A model generated the notes under the pieces. The model worked only from the letters and a program-made list of their open reading frames with translations. It searched no databases and was not told where the DNA came from. Of a DNA stretch of 64,000 nt, positions 19,961 to 29,322 are shown piece after piece. Each line of letters starts with the position of its first letter. Position 1 is the stretch's first letter. Source of the DNA: Candidatus Cloacimonadota bacterium (GTDB taxonomy: Bacteria > Cloacimonadota > Cloacimonadia > G963667145); the NCBI GenBank assembly GCA_963676615.1, contig OY781092.1, positions 640,001-704,000 on the forward strand. Reading direction: 5' to 3'. The translations under genes and the position numbers were made by a program.

Positions 19961-21028
19961 TTGGAGTCGTTGCAATATCGGAGCTGGATTGAGGTTAGCC
20001 TCAAAAATTATCGCGAAAATTTAGCGAAACTCAAGCAGTTCTTGCCCGAAAACACACATATTTTGCAGATTGTGAAAGCTAACGCCTACGGTCTTGGCTC
20101 GGTAAAAATAGCCAAAGAAGCGCTAAAAATGGGGGCTTCATTTTTGGGCGTGGCAAATTGCCAAGAAGGCGCAAAACTTCGCCAAAATGGCATAAACGAC
20201 GCTCCTATTTTGGTTTTGTCGCCTTGCTTCGATTTTGAAATTCCCGTTTTGAAAAAATATCGCCTTATTCCGTCTATTTCGGATTTCGATTTCGCCCAAA
20301 AATATTCGGGCAAAGCTCACATAAATGTCGAAACTGGAATGGGGAGAAGCGGATTTGCTGGGAGTTTGGCAGATCTAGAGAAAATTTGTGCACTGTCAAA
20401 CCTTGAAATTGAAGGTGTTTACACGCATTTGGCGGCTTCGGAAGACGATTTGGATTATACGCAATTGCAACAAAAAAAGTTCGAAAATATTTTGCAGAAC
20501 CTTTCTTTTACGCCAAAATTTGTTCACATCGCCAATAGCGGCGGCATTTTTTCCACAAACTCTAAAATGACAAATATGGTCAGGATTGGGCTGATGAGCT
20601 TCGGCGGTCAAATAGGCTTTTTCGACAAAATCGATTTAAAGCCAGCTTTGTCGTTCAAAAGCAGGATTGCCTTGGTCAAAACGGCAGAAAAAGGGCAGAC
20701 CATCGGCTATAACAGAGCGTATGAGGCTCCGTCCAAAATAACTTATGGAATTGTCCCTGTTGGTTATGCTGACGGCTATAATTACCTTTTGAAAAATAAA
20801 GGTAAGCTCTTGATAAATGATAAGTTATGCGAAGTAATTGGAAAGGTTTCGATGGATATGTTGGCTGTAGATATCACCAAAATCTCAGCTCAAAAAGGCG
20901 ACGAAGTTGTTTTGCTGGGCTGGCAAGATCCTGCGCTGTATCCACAAAATGTTGCAGCACTTTACGACGGTTCTGGCTACGAGTTGCTTTGTGCTGTCGG
21001 CAGACGAGCCCAATGGGTTTATGTTTAG
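19961..21028 (+). CDS. alr: Alanine racemase
   Basis: VKANAYG PLP-lysine motif, ETGMGRSG, IANSG, VRIG, VGYADGY, GKVSMD. Confidence 0.94.
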   Translation: MESLQYRSWIEVSLKNYRENLAKLKQFLPENTHILQIVKANAYGLGSVKIAKEALKMGASFLGVANCQEGAKLRQNGINDAPILVLSPCFDFEIPVLKKYRLIPSISDFDFAQKYSGKAHINVETGMGRSGFAGSLADLEKICALSNLEIEGVYTHLAASEDDLDYTQLQQKKFENILQNLSFTPKFVHIANSGGIFSTNSKMTNMVRIGLMSFGGQIGFFDKIDLKPALSFKSRIALVKTAEKGQTIGYNRAYEAPSKITYGIVPVGYADGYNYLLKNKGKLLINDKLCEVIGKVSMDMLAVDITKISAQKGDEVVLLGWQDPALYPQNVAALYDGSGYELLCAVGRRAQWVYV

Positions 21029-21223
21029 TCGTTTTTTTAGAAAAAACCTGACATCGTATAAATTTCCCGCTAAAAAAACGCCCGATTTTCGGTTTCGGAG
21101 GTGTTCGGATATAGCTGAGTTTGTAAATGGCTCGATTTTGGGGTTTTGCAAAACAAAAAGAAAAACACTTGACCGCAAAACGAACTCTGCAATATTAAAC
21201 GAAAATTAGACGGAATATTATCA

Positions 21224-21251
21224 ATCTCTGATAATATATATTATGTAAACT
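21224..21251 (+). other. dif: XerC/XerD dif site (chromosome dimer resolution)
   Basis: ATCTCTGATAA-TATATA-TTATGTAAACT: 11-6-11 architecture in an intergenic AT-rich region; spacer and right arm match the Bacillus subtilis dif as I recall it (ACTTCCTAGAA TATATA TTATGTAAACT). Confidence 0.85.
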
Positions 21252-21319
21252 TGGTGGTATTACAAAAACTCTTTTCTTTCCAATAAGTTGCATTCGCATT
21301 CTTTAAAAGGTTTGTTTAA

Positions 21320-22177
21320 ATGAAAAGTATGACTGGCTTTGCGAACAAAGAGTTCGAAATCGGCAAAATTAAGGCTTCGATTAGCTTAAAGAGTGTAAAC
21401 TCTCGAAATTTGGAAATTAGCTTGAAATTGCCGTCGTATATGATGAATATGGAGCCAAAGCTGGTCAATTTGGTGAAGTCGAAGATATCCAGAGGCAAGT
21501 TTAAAGCTTTTGTAGGCATCGATTTTACCGATTTCCCGTCTCTGAAACTTAACGAGCCGCTGTTGCATCAATATTTGGCAGTTTATGAGAAAGCTAAGGA
21601 AATTTCGGGTCTTCCCTACTGTTTGGACAATATTTTGCAAAACAAAGAGCTCGTTATCAGTGACTTTTCGTTTGACTCTTTTGAAGACTCTTTTTTGGAA
21701 TATTTTGAGCAGGCTTTAGAAGATTTTGTGGCATCCACAACTTCCGAAGGCTCTAGTATGGCAGATTTTTTCGTTGGCTCTTTACAAAAAATGAAGTCGT
21801 CTTTGCTTGAAATTGAAAAACTTTTTCCAGATTATCGCAAAAAAAAGTATCTTGCGCTAAAGAACAATCTGGAGTCTGTTTTAATGCGAAATTTGGACGA
21901 AAATGAGCTTTCTAAGGCTATGGCTGAGGTCGCTTTTTTGATGGAGCGTACGGATATTACCGAAGAAATAGAGCGGTTAAAGCATCATATTGCGACTTTT
22001 AGAAACAAAATTGCCCAAGATCGTTGCGGAAAAACTCTTGGCTTTATCGTGCAAGAGATGCAACGCGAGGCTAATACAATGGGTTCAAAATTCGCAACAG
22101 ACACAGCTTTTCCTCATATTTTGCTTATAAAAGAAGAGGTTGAAAAATGCAGGGAGATGGTTTTAAATGTTGAATGA
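21320..22177 (+). CDS. yicC: YicC/YloC family endoribonuclease
   Basis: MKSMTGF, KSVNSRNLE, ISRGK, DITEEIERL, GKTLGFIVQEMQREANTMGSK, EKCREMVLNVE. Confidence 0.93.
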   Translation: MKSMTGFANKEFEIGKIKASISLKSVNSRNLEISLKLPSYMMNMEPKLVNLVKSKISRGKFKAFVGIDFTDFPSLKLNEPLLHQYLAVYEKAKEISGLPYCLDNILQNKELVISDFSFDSFEDSFLEYFEQALEDFVASTTSEGSSMADFFVGSLQKMKSSLLEIEKLFPDYRKKKYLALKNNLESVLMRNLDENELSKAMAEVAFLMERTDITEEIERLKHHIATFRNKIAQDRCGKTLGFIVQEMQREANTMGSKFATDTAFPHILLIKEEVEKCREMVLNVE

Positions 22178-24161
22178 AGCTTCAATTCTAGAAGTAATTT
22201 CTGAAAACAATGGCATTAACATTCAGGAAATAAGTCAAATAACTAAAATCGGCAAGCATGAAAGAAAGAAACTGCTAATCATTCTGCAAAAATTGGTTAA
22301 AAAAGGCGTTTTAACTTTCTCTGAAAAGAGATATCATAAAAGCACAAAGCGTTTAGAAATAGGCAAATTTGACGCCCTGGCTCTTATGAAAGGTTATCAA
22401 TTTGGGTTTGTCAAAACAGAAGATGATCACATAATGATCTATCTAGAAAATAGTTTAGGTGCTTTTCATAACGATGTTGTAGAGGTGTGTGTTACGGGTC
22501 AGAGGAAACAAGGAAAATATGGTGTTGTGACCAGAATTATTGAGCGAAGCAAAAATGTTTTGGTTGGTTCAGTCGTTAAAGTCGGCAAAAACGCAATGCT
22601 CACCGCAATTGGCGGGCATTTTCATCGAGACGCTCAGATTGTTAATCCAGAAAAAGTTAAATCTGGCGACAAAGTGCTGTGCAAAATCAGCTTTTGGGGA
22701 GATCTAGAAGATTTGCCTCGCGTAAAAGTGACTAAAATTTTAGGAAAAAGCGGTGATATACAAACGGAGATTTTGTCGGTAATCTACTCCTACGAGCTTC
22801 CTTTTGAATTTGACAAGAAAGTCGTTAAAGAGGCTCAAGAGCTTAACGATAACTTCAATATTGATAGTGACTTAGAGGATAGAAAAGACTTGCGCAATCT
22901 ACACACTTTCACTATCGATCCTTCGGGATCGAAGGATTTTGATGATGCTGTTTCTGTTTTGGTTAACCAAAATGGAGAGTACGAAATTTATGTGCATATC
23001 GCCGATGTCTCACACTTTGTGAAGCCAGGCTCTGCCCTATTTAGCGAGGCTTTGAGCCGTGGAAATTCTTACTATTTTCCAAAAAGAGTGATACCGATGT
23101 TGCCCAAGATTATCTCGAACAATTTGTGCAGTTTGCGTCCGCTGGAAGAAAAATATGCGATGACTGTAAAAACCACGCTCAGCAAAAATTTCGACATTGT
23201 CGATCAAGATTTGTTTAAATCGGTTATTTGTTCTGATGTTCGCCTCTGTTACGAAGAGGTTGACGCTGTTTTTGCAGGAGATAAAACAAATATCGCCAAA
23301 AAAGATGCGGATATGCTGTTTTTGGCGGACAAAATTTCTAAAGGATACTTCAAAAAACGGAAAAAATATATTCGATTTTCTTTGCCAGAAGCGGTTTTTG
23401 AGTTTGACGAAGAAGGCAACCCAATCAATGTTTTTCGCTCTTTTGAGACCGATTCGCACAAAATGATAGAAAATTTCATGCTGATTGCCAACGAATATGT
23501 CGCCAAATTTTTATCGTCGAAAAATTGTTTGTATCGAGTTCATGAGCCTCCCTTTGATAACGACTTGATAAAGCTAAAAGGCGACTTAAAGCAAGCTGGG
23601 TTCGATATCCCAGCCTACAAAACTCCTTGCGAATTTTATCAGCGAGTGCTAAAATTGATGGATACTGATGACAAAAAAATGGCGTTTGAGCGAAAAATTT
23701 TGCGAAGTATGAAACGAGCTGAATACAGCCTGAAAAACACGCACCACTTCGGAATTGGCATCGATTTTTATACTCATTTTACTTCCCCAATCAGAAGAAT
23801 TTGCGATTTGGGAATACATCTTTTGCTAAAAAAGCAGCTAAAAGCAAAATCTCTGCTAAAGAAAATTACAGTTAGTGCAAATCAGCACGAAGAGGTCGCC
23901 ACAGAGGCAGAAAGAGAGGTGCAAAAACTTTACTATCGTCAGTTCGCCAAAAGGCTACTGGGCGAAAGTTTTCAAGCCACCATTATTGATATAAAAAGAA
24001 AGTCGATTTTATTGGAGCTGGTTAAATATCCGATAATCGTTGCTGTGCCCAACACCGAAACAGTGAAAACAAAGTCCAAAAAAAGCAAGACGAGGCTTGC
24101 TCAGCGTCGCAAAGTGAAGATTGTTAAAGTTGATCAAGATGTTGAAGCGAAATTTATTTAA
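22167..24161 (+). CDS. rnr: Ribonuclease R (RNB family exoribonuclease)
   Basis: FGFV cold-shock domain, TIDPSGSKDFDDA, VHIADVSHFV, IENFMLIANE, YRVHE, YTHFTSPIRR; short, degenerate C-terminal S1 region. Confidence 0.92.
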   Translation: MLNEASILEVISENNGINIQEISQITKIGKHERKKLLIILQKLVKKGVLTFSEKRYHKSTKRLEIGKFDALALMKGYQFGFVKTEDDHIMIYLENSLGAFHNDVVEVCVTGQRKQGKYGVVTRIIERSKNVLVGSVVKVGKNAMLTAIGGHFHRDAQIVNPEKVKSGDKVLCKISFWGDLEDLPRVKVTKILGKSGDIQTEILSVIYSYELPFEFDKKVVKEAQELNDNFNIDSDLEDRKDLRNLHTFTIDPSGSKDFDDAVSVLVNQNGEYEIYVHIADVSHFVKPGSALFSEALSRGNSYYFPKRVIPMLPKIISNNLCSLRPLEEKYAMTVKTTLSKNFDIVDQDLFKSVICSDVRLCYEEVDAVFAGDKTNIAKKDADMLFLADKISKGYFKKRKKYIRFSLPEAVFEFDEEGNPINVFRSFETDSHKMIENFMLIANEYVAKFLSSKNCLYRVHEPPFDNDLIKLKGDLKQAGFDIPAYKTPCEFYQRVLKLMDTDDKKMAFERKILRSMKRAEYSLKNTHHFGIGIDFYTHFTSPIRRICDLGIHLLLKKQLKAKSLLKKITVSANQHEEVATEAEREVQKLYYRQFAKRLLGESFQATIIDIKRKSILLELVKYPIIVAVPNTETVKTKSKKSKTRLAQRRKVKIVKVDQDVEAKFI

Positions 24162-24185
24162 GCTGTTTATTGGCAAGCTTAGCTA

Positions 24186-24201
24186 TCTGATTTAAATCAC
24201 A
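24186..24201. promoter_or_regulatory. CRP/FNR-family-like palindromic site
   Basis: TCTGA-TTTAAA-TCACA (9/10 to TGTGA-N6-TCACA; core TGATTTAAATCA is a perfect palindrome), about 50 bp upstream of the next ATG. Confidence 0.35.
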
Positions 24202-24249
24202 GTAGTTAGCGATAATTACTTAATGTAAAATATTTGCGAGATTATTATA

Positions 24250-26013
24250 ATGAAATTTTTAAAAAAAATAAGAAAAATTTGTTTTTATTCGTTTTTAGCT
24301 GTGCTACTTTTTGTTTGTGCTCTCTATTTTGCACGCAATCTTATTTTAAGCTCTCTAATTGAAAAAGGAGCCGAAAGAGTTTTTTCAGCTAAAGCAGAAA
24401 TGATTGGCTGCGATTTGCAAATTTTTTCAGGCAAGCTGGTTTGGGGAGATTTTGCTGTTGCAGACAAAAACAAGCCGAAAGAAAATCTTTTTCAAACAGG
24501 TTATGTGGAGCTAGATTTTGCTTTATCTGCCCTACTAAAAGGGCAATTCGTTTGCACGAATATGGTTTTGGAAAAGCTTGAATTTGGCACAAAACGAGAA
24601 GTAAGCGGCGCTTTACCAGTAAAAGAGTCAAGCAAAAGTGAATCAAAAATTGGCAAGCTCGCAGTGGAATATTTGCAAAAACAGAAACAAGCTATTCCGA
24701 TTTTGACATATCAAAAAATGAATGTGGATTCTGTGCTGGCAAGCTGTCAGCTAATTACGCCAGGAAAAGTTGACTCTTTGCAAAAAGCGGCTAAGAAACT
24801 CGAAAATTCTTGGAAAGAGCTTTTGAAAGACGAAAAATATGCGGAAAAAGCTCGCGATATTCAAGAAAGGTTTAACGCTATCGATTTTGATGACCCAACC
24901 AAAGCTCTAAAGGAGCTAAGCCGTTTGTATAAAGCTGGCAACTCGCTTTATAATGATAGTCAGGAACAGCGGAAAGAGTTTAAGCGGCAGTTTAAGGTGC
25001 TGAAAGGCGCGAACTCTTTGGATGAGTGGGCGAAGCAAGATTATAACAAGGTGATGCAGGCGGTGAAGTTCCCCGATTCTCAAGGCTACAAAATGGGCGA
25101 GGTTCTTTTTGGGAAAACAGCTTACGACTTCATTTTGCGTATTATTGGCATATTGCAAGCTTCTCGGAGTTCATTGGATGCCGAAAAGCCAAAAGGTGAG
25201 CAAAAATTGCGATTTTGGCTGAAAGAGATGAAGTTCAACTCTAGGCTTGCGGACGGTTCATGGGTAAAAGGAGAAATTTCTAATCTTTCCAACGCTCCAA
25301 AAATTGTTGGGAAACCCATTAAATTTGATGTCAAGCTCGTAATTTCTAAAAATGAGAAGATAAATTTTGAGGGTGCTTTAGAGTATCAAAAAAATACTCC
25401 TGCAGAAGTCTTACAGGTTGATTTACAGTCGATTAGACTGCGAAACCTAAAGTTAAATCAAGATGCCCTTCCCCAAAAAATCGACTCTTGTTTATTGGAT
25501 GGCGAGATAAGCTTTTCTTCTGTTGGAGAAGATATTTCTCTTGAGAGTAGCTTTGAGTTAAGTAAAATTGTTTACTCCTATAAATACGAAAAAAAAGTAT
25601 CTAAACAGATGAAAGAGATAGCAAGGTTGGTGGGCAACTCTGCAAGCTCTGCTTGGTTTAAAGTCGATTTTGCTAGCAATAAATCTGGGGTGAAAACTTC
25701 GGTCAAAAGTAGCTTAGATGAGATTGTAAAAAAAGCTTTGTATAGTAAATTTTCTTCTGAAAAAGATGAGCTGCAAGCTAAATTGAGAAAAAAAATAAAC
25801 GCTGGGAAATATCAAAAAGAGCTTGATATGTTGTTTAAAGCAATTGATCAAGATGTCGCTTCTATCTTATTGGACAAAAGTCCAATAAGTGAAGAGCAAA
25901 AAAACAAAAAGAAAGATGTTTCGAGCAATCTAGTCAAACAAGGAAAAAAGATTTTGGAAGATAGCGATTTGAAAAATAAAGCCAAAGATTTAATTAAAGG
26001 ATTGAAATTTTGA
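24250..26013 (+). CDS. TIGR03545-like (AsmA-related) envelope protein
   Basis: N-terminal TM anchor, 'IEKGAERVFSAKAE', 'VADKNKPKENLF', 'LEFGTKREVSGAL', helical middle, beta-rich C-terminal half. Confidence 0.6.
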   Translation: MKFLKKIRKICFYSFLAVLLFVCALYFARNLILSSLIEKGAERVFSAKAEMIGCDLQIFSGKLVWGDFAVADKNKPKENLFQTGYVELDFALSALLKGQFVCTNMVLEKLEFGTKREVSGALPVKESSKSESKIGKLAVEYLQKQKQAIPILTYQKMNVDSVLASCQLITPGKVDSLQKAAKKLENSWKELLKDEKYAEKARDIQERFNAIDFDDPTKALKELSRLYKAGNSLYNDSQEQRKEFKRQFKVLKGANSLDEWAKQDYNKVMQAVKFPDSQGYKMGEVLFGKTAYDFILRIIGILQASRSSLDAEKPKGEQKLRFWLKEMKFNSRLADGSWVKGEISNLSNAPKIVGKPIKFDVKLVISKNEKINFEGALEYQKNTPAEVLQVDLQSIRLRNLKLNQDALPQKIDSCLLDGEISFSSVGEDISLESSFELSKIVYSYKYEKKVSKQMKEIARLVGNSASSAWFKVDFASNKSGVKTSVKSSLDEIVKKALYSKFSSEKDELQAKLRKKINAGKYQKELDMLFKAIDQDVASILLDKSPISEEQKNKKKDVSSNLVKQGKKILEDSDLKNKAKDLIKGLKF

Positions 26014-26933
26014 GAAAAATTTTTGTTGTTTTTTTGCTTTGCTTTGGTTGGTTGTTTTCTAGTGAAATCGATTATTTGACGGGCTCTCTGCAGGATGAGT
26101 CCACACCATTTTGGCAATCTTTACAAAAAAAAGAGGTGCAAAGCGATTTGAACGCTTATTTGTCTTTGGCTAATACATATTTTAACTTGGGGCACTACTA
26201 TTCGGCGCGGAAATATTACCGTTTATTTTTTAAAAGTAAAAGCGGAAAAAATCAAAAGGCAGAGTTTAATCTGGCGTTGTGTAATTTTTACATTTCAGGA
26301 AGCAAAAATAAGCTGAGATTTATTTCACGATTTGTCAAAAATCACCCCAATAATTATCTTGTTAAGTATCTGATTTTGGAAGAAGGTAAGTATTTTTTGA
26401 GTCAAGGAAATTTTTGGAAAGCTTGTGATATTTTGGACAAAAGTTTCCCTGGTTTCCCCTATTTGAACTATTTTCGAGCGGTTGGTTTTCAAAAATTGGG
26501 CAAATTTTCGAGCAGTGCGTATCTTTTTGGCTTGGTGCTAAAAAACGCAAAAACGCCAGAGAGTTTGGCGGACAAAGCGACAAAGTTTTACATTCAAAAT
26601 ATTTCGAAGCTGCCGTGGCAGAGGATTACCTCTCGCACGAGCAAGGTGATAATGTTTATGCCGCAAGGGAAAAATAAGGTTGGGCTGCTTCTGTTTTTGG
26701 CAAAAATTTACGACGAAAATTGTCTCTATGCGCAATCGAACGACATTTATTACGACTTGATAAATTCCGAAAAAATGAGCGAACTTTACAAATTTACCAT
26801 CAACAATAATGTGGAAATGAAGAACTACAAAAAAGCTCTGCAAGATATCGATGTTTATCTGCAATCGATTGATTCGCCAGAAGTTAGGGAAGAAATTCTG
26901 AAGATAAAAACGCAAATTGAGGCGATAAAATAG
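26010..26933 (+). CDS. Exported TPR-like protein
   Basis: Signal peptide, helical repeats (LANTYFNLGHYYSARKYY, AEFNLALCNF, GKYFLSQGNF). Confidence 0.65.
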   Translation: MRKIFVVFLLCFGWLFSSEIDYLTGSLQDESTPFWQSLQKKEVQSDLNAYLSLANTYFNLGHYYSARKYYRLFFKSKSGKNQKAEFNLALCNFYISGSKNKLRFISRFVKNHPNNYLVKYLILEEGKYFLSQGNFWKACDILDKSFPGFPYLNYFRAVGFQKLGKFSSSAYLFGLVLKNAKTPESLADKATKFYIQNISKLPWQRITSRTSKVIMFMPQGKNKVGLLLFLAKIYDENCLYAQSNDIYYDLINSEKMSELYKFTINNNVEMKNYKKALQDIDVYLQSIDSPEVREEILKIKTQIEAIK

Positions 26934-26934
26934 A

Positions 26935-28644
26935 GTGAACGACATTTACACAAAAGTGCTGGATCGCGTTGATATTGTTGATGTTATCGGCAGGTATGTT
27001 CCCCTAAAAAAAAACGGCGCGAACTACAAAGCGTGTTGTCCGTTTCATCAGGAAAATACGCCATCTTTTGTCGTCAGTCAGACGAAGCAAATTTTTAAGT
27101 GCTTTGGGTGTGGCATCGCAGGCAACGCCGTGAGTTTTGTAAAGGAGTACGAAAAAATTTCCTACTACGAGGCGGCGCTGAAGCTCGCCAGCCAATACGG
27201 CATTCAGATCAAGGTGAACCAAAAGGCGGCACGCCAAAAAGATTCCAAAACCAGTTTGATTTTGCAGGTTTATTCGCTCACCAAAGATTTTTATCGAGAA
27301 AATTTGGGATTGCACGGCAAAAAAGCGCTGGAATATCTAGAGGGTCGCTCTTTGTCGCCCAACACGATCAAAACTTTTGAGCTGGGCTACTCTTTAAACT
27401 CGCGCACCGCTCTGTATAACTATTTGCGCAAAAATAACATAAACAAAGATATTCTTCTGGAATCGGGCATCGTCAAATCCAGCCAAAAGGGCTACTACGA
27501 CCTTTTTTCAGACAGAATCGTCTTCCCCATTATCTCGTCAAATGGTATGACAGTCGCTTTTGGAGCGCGTTCGATGGACGGCAAAATGCCAAAATACATC
27601 AACTCGCCGACGACCGCCGTGTATCAAAAAAGCAAAGAGCTTTACGGCTTTCATACCACCAAACACGAAATCGCTCGGGCGGACAAGGTGATTGTTTGCG
27701 AAGGGTATCTGGATTTTTTGCGGCTCTACGAATGCGGCTATCATCACGCTGTTGCGTCGCTTGGGACATCTTTGACCGACGAACAGGTAAATCTGCTGCG
27801 CAGATATTGCAAAAATTTTTACATCGTTTACGACGGAGACGAAGCGGGAAAAAAGGCGGCACTGCGTGCTGCGGCGAAGATTATCGCTCAAAATGGCGAG
27901 GTGAAAATTGTGAGCTTGCCCCAAAGCGAAGATCCCGACAGTTTTTTGCTGCAAAACGGAAACGAAAAATTTGACGAAATTTTGGAGAAATCACCGTCGT
28001 ATTTGCAATATCTAAAGGAAAATATGGATTTGAGCCAAGCTATGCAAACTTTGGTGGAAGTCGCCTCTTCGATCACAAATCGTCTGGATCGGTTTGTGTT
28101 TACCCGAAAAGTCGCCGAAAATTTTGGAGTGGAAGAGTCCGTTTTTGCCTCACAATTAAAGCAAAAAAGGAGTTATCCTTCGGCAGAACAAAAAGAGAAA
28201 AAAAAAGTTCCAGATTCTGGCTTGGAGGAGCAGCTGTTGCTTGCGGCGATGTTGTCGAACAAACAGGCGATCGAGCTCGCTGCCAGTTCGCTGGCTCTCG
28301 ACGATTTTGTTGTTGAGGAGTATAAAGAGATTTTTGCAGAGCTAAAAGATGCCGCGGCTCAGAGCGAGGTGAATTTTAACGCACTTGCTTGCGAGAGCAA
28401 ATTTCCAGATTTCTTTAACGAGCTGATTTTTCGGGCAAAAAATAGCGAAAATGTAGATGTGAAGCAGATTTTGCAAGGGTTTAAGATTAAGCAAAAAATG
28501 AAGGAGTTTCAAGAGCTGGATCAAAAGCTGGCAGAGCTTTTGTCTAAAGGGGCGCAGCAAGAAGAGTTGCGCGAGATTTTTGAGCAAAAAAAAATAGCCA
28601 AAAAAGAGTTGATAGAACTTGGCTACACGAAAACTAAGGTCTAA
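26935..28644 (+). CDS. dnaG: DNA primase
   Basis: CPFHQENTPSF...CFGC zinc finger, RIVFPI, FGAR, KYINSP, EGYLD, SLGT, YDGDEAG, DPD. Confidence 0.97.
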   Translation: MNDIYTKVLDRVDIVDVIGRYVPLKKNGANYKACCPFHQENTPSFVVSQTKQIFKCFGCGIAGNAVSFVKEYEKISYYEAALKLASQYGIQIKVNQKAARQKDSKTSLILQVYSLTKDFYRENLGLHGKKALEYLEGRSLSPNTIKTFELGYSLNSRTALYNYLRKNNINKDILLESGIVKSSQKGYYDLFSDRIVFPIISSNGMTVAFGARSMDGKMPKYINSPTTAVYQKSKELYGFHTTKHEIARADKVIVCEGYLDFLRLYECGYHHAVASLGTSLTDEQVNLLRRYCKNFYIVYDGDEAGKKAALRAAAKIIAQNGEVKIVSLPQSEDPDSFLLQNGNEKFDEILEKSPSYLQYLKENMDLSQAMQTLVEVASSITNRLDRFVFTRKVAENFGVEESVFASQLKQKRSYPSAEQKEKKKVPDSGLEEQLLLAAMLSNKQAIELAASSLALDDFVVEEYKEIFAELKDAAAQSEVNFNALACESKFPDFFNELIFRAKNSENVDVKQILQGFKIKQKMKEFQELDQKLAELLSKGAQQEELREIFEQKKIAKKELIELGYTKTKV

Positions 28645-28665
28645 AAAAGAGAAGTTGAAAAGTTT

Positions 28666-29322
28666 ATGAAAAAAGTTGTGATCGTCGTGGGAGCTTACGG
28701 CAGCGGGAAAAGCGAGTACTCGGCAAATTTGGCTCTGCGTGATAAAATGGCGACGATAATCGATATGGACATTATGAATCCGTATTTTCGCACCAGAGAG
28801 CTCACGGAAATTTTTGCTGAGCGCGGTATTGAGATTATCGCTCCTGAAGGCTCTTTTCGCTATACGGAATTGCCGATGCTTTCTCCAAAAATTATGGCGT
28901 GTCTAGAGGACGAAAATAGAAGCGTGGTTATCGATGTAGGCGGCGACCCAACGGGAATGAAGGTGTTTGGGCGCTACAAAAAAATACTCTGCCAAAGAGG
29001 CTACGATTTGCGCTTGGTGATAAACACCAAAAGGCCGCAGACCAGCACTAAGTCCGAAATTTTGCAACTTTTTGACGAGTTTGAACAAACCTCGGGAATG
29101 AAAATCACCACTCTTGTATCGAACGCAAATTTGATGGAGTTTACCGACGCAGAGGTTGTGAAACAAGGCGTGCGGATTATCAATGAAGTCGCAAAAGAGA
29201 AAAAAGTCGATTTCGACGATTTTTGTATCCTAGAAAAAAACGACGACAAAATTCCAGCGCAAATAGATGGCAAAAAAAAGTTTGTGATGAACTATTTTTT
29301 GCGCAAACCTTGGGAAATATGA
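28666..29322 (+). CDS. Conserved P-loop ATP-binding protein
   Basis: GAYGSGKSE Walker A, DMDIMNPYFRTRE, IDVGGD, INTKRP, LRKPW C-terminus. Confidence 0.8.
   Translation: MKKVVIVVGAYGSGKSEYSANLALRDKMATIIDMDIMNPYFRTRELTEIFAERGIEIIAPEGSFRYTELPMLSPKIMACLEDENRSVVIDVGGDPTGMKVFGRYKKILCQRGYDLRLVINTKRPQTSTKSEILQLFDEFEQTSGMKITTLVSNANLMEFTDAEVVKQGVRIINEVAKEKKVDFDDFCILEKNDDKIPAQIDGKKKFVMNYFLRKPWEI

Noticed and set aside
21030..21080. 11-bp inverted repeat CGTTTTTTTAG...CTAAAAAAACG after alr, considered as an ncRNA or MITE
   Set aside because: Mostly homopolymer, single copy in the window, with no target duplication or RNA-family motif
24205..24231. Second dif-like sequence GTTAGCGATAA-TTACT-TAATGTAAAAT
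   Set aside because: Spacer is 5 rather than 6 bp, the right arm has two mismatches, and the enclosed genes (yicC, rnr) are housekeeping; probably chance in AT-rich DNA
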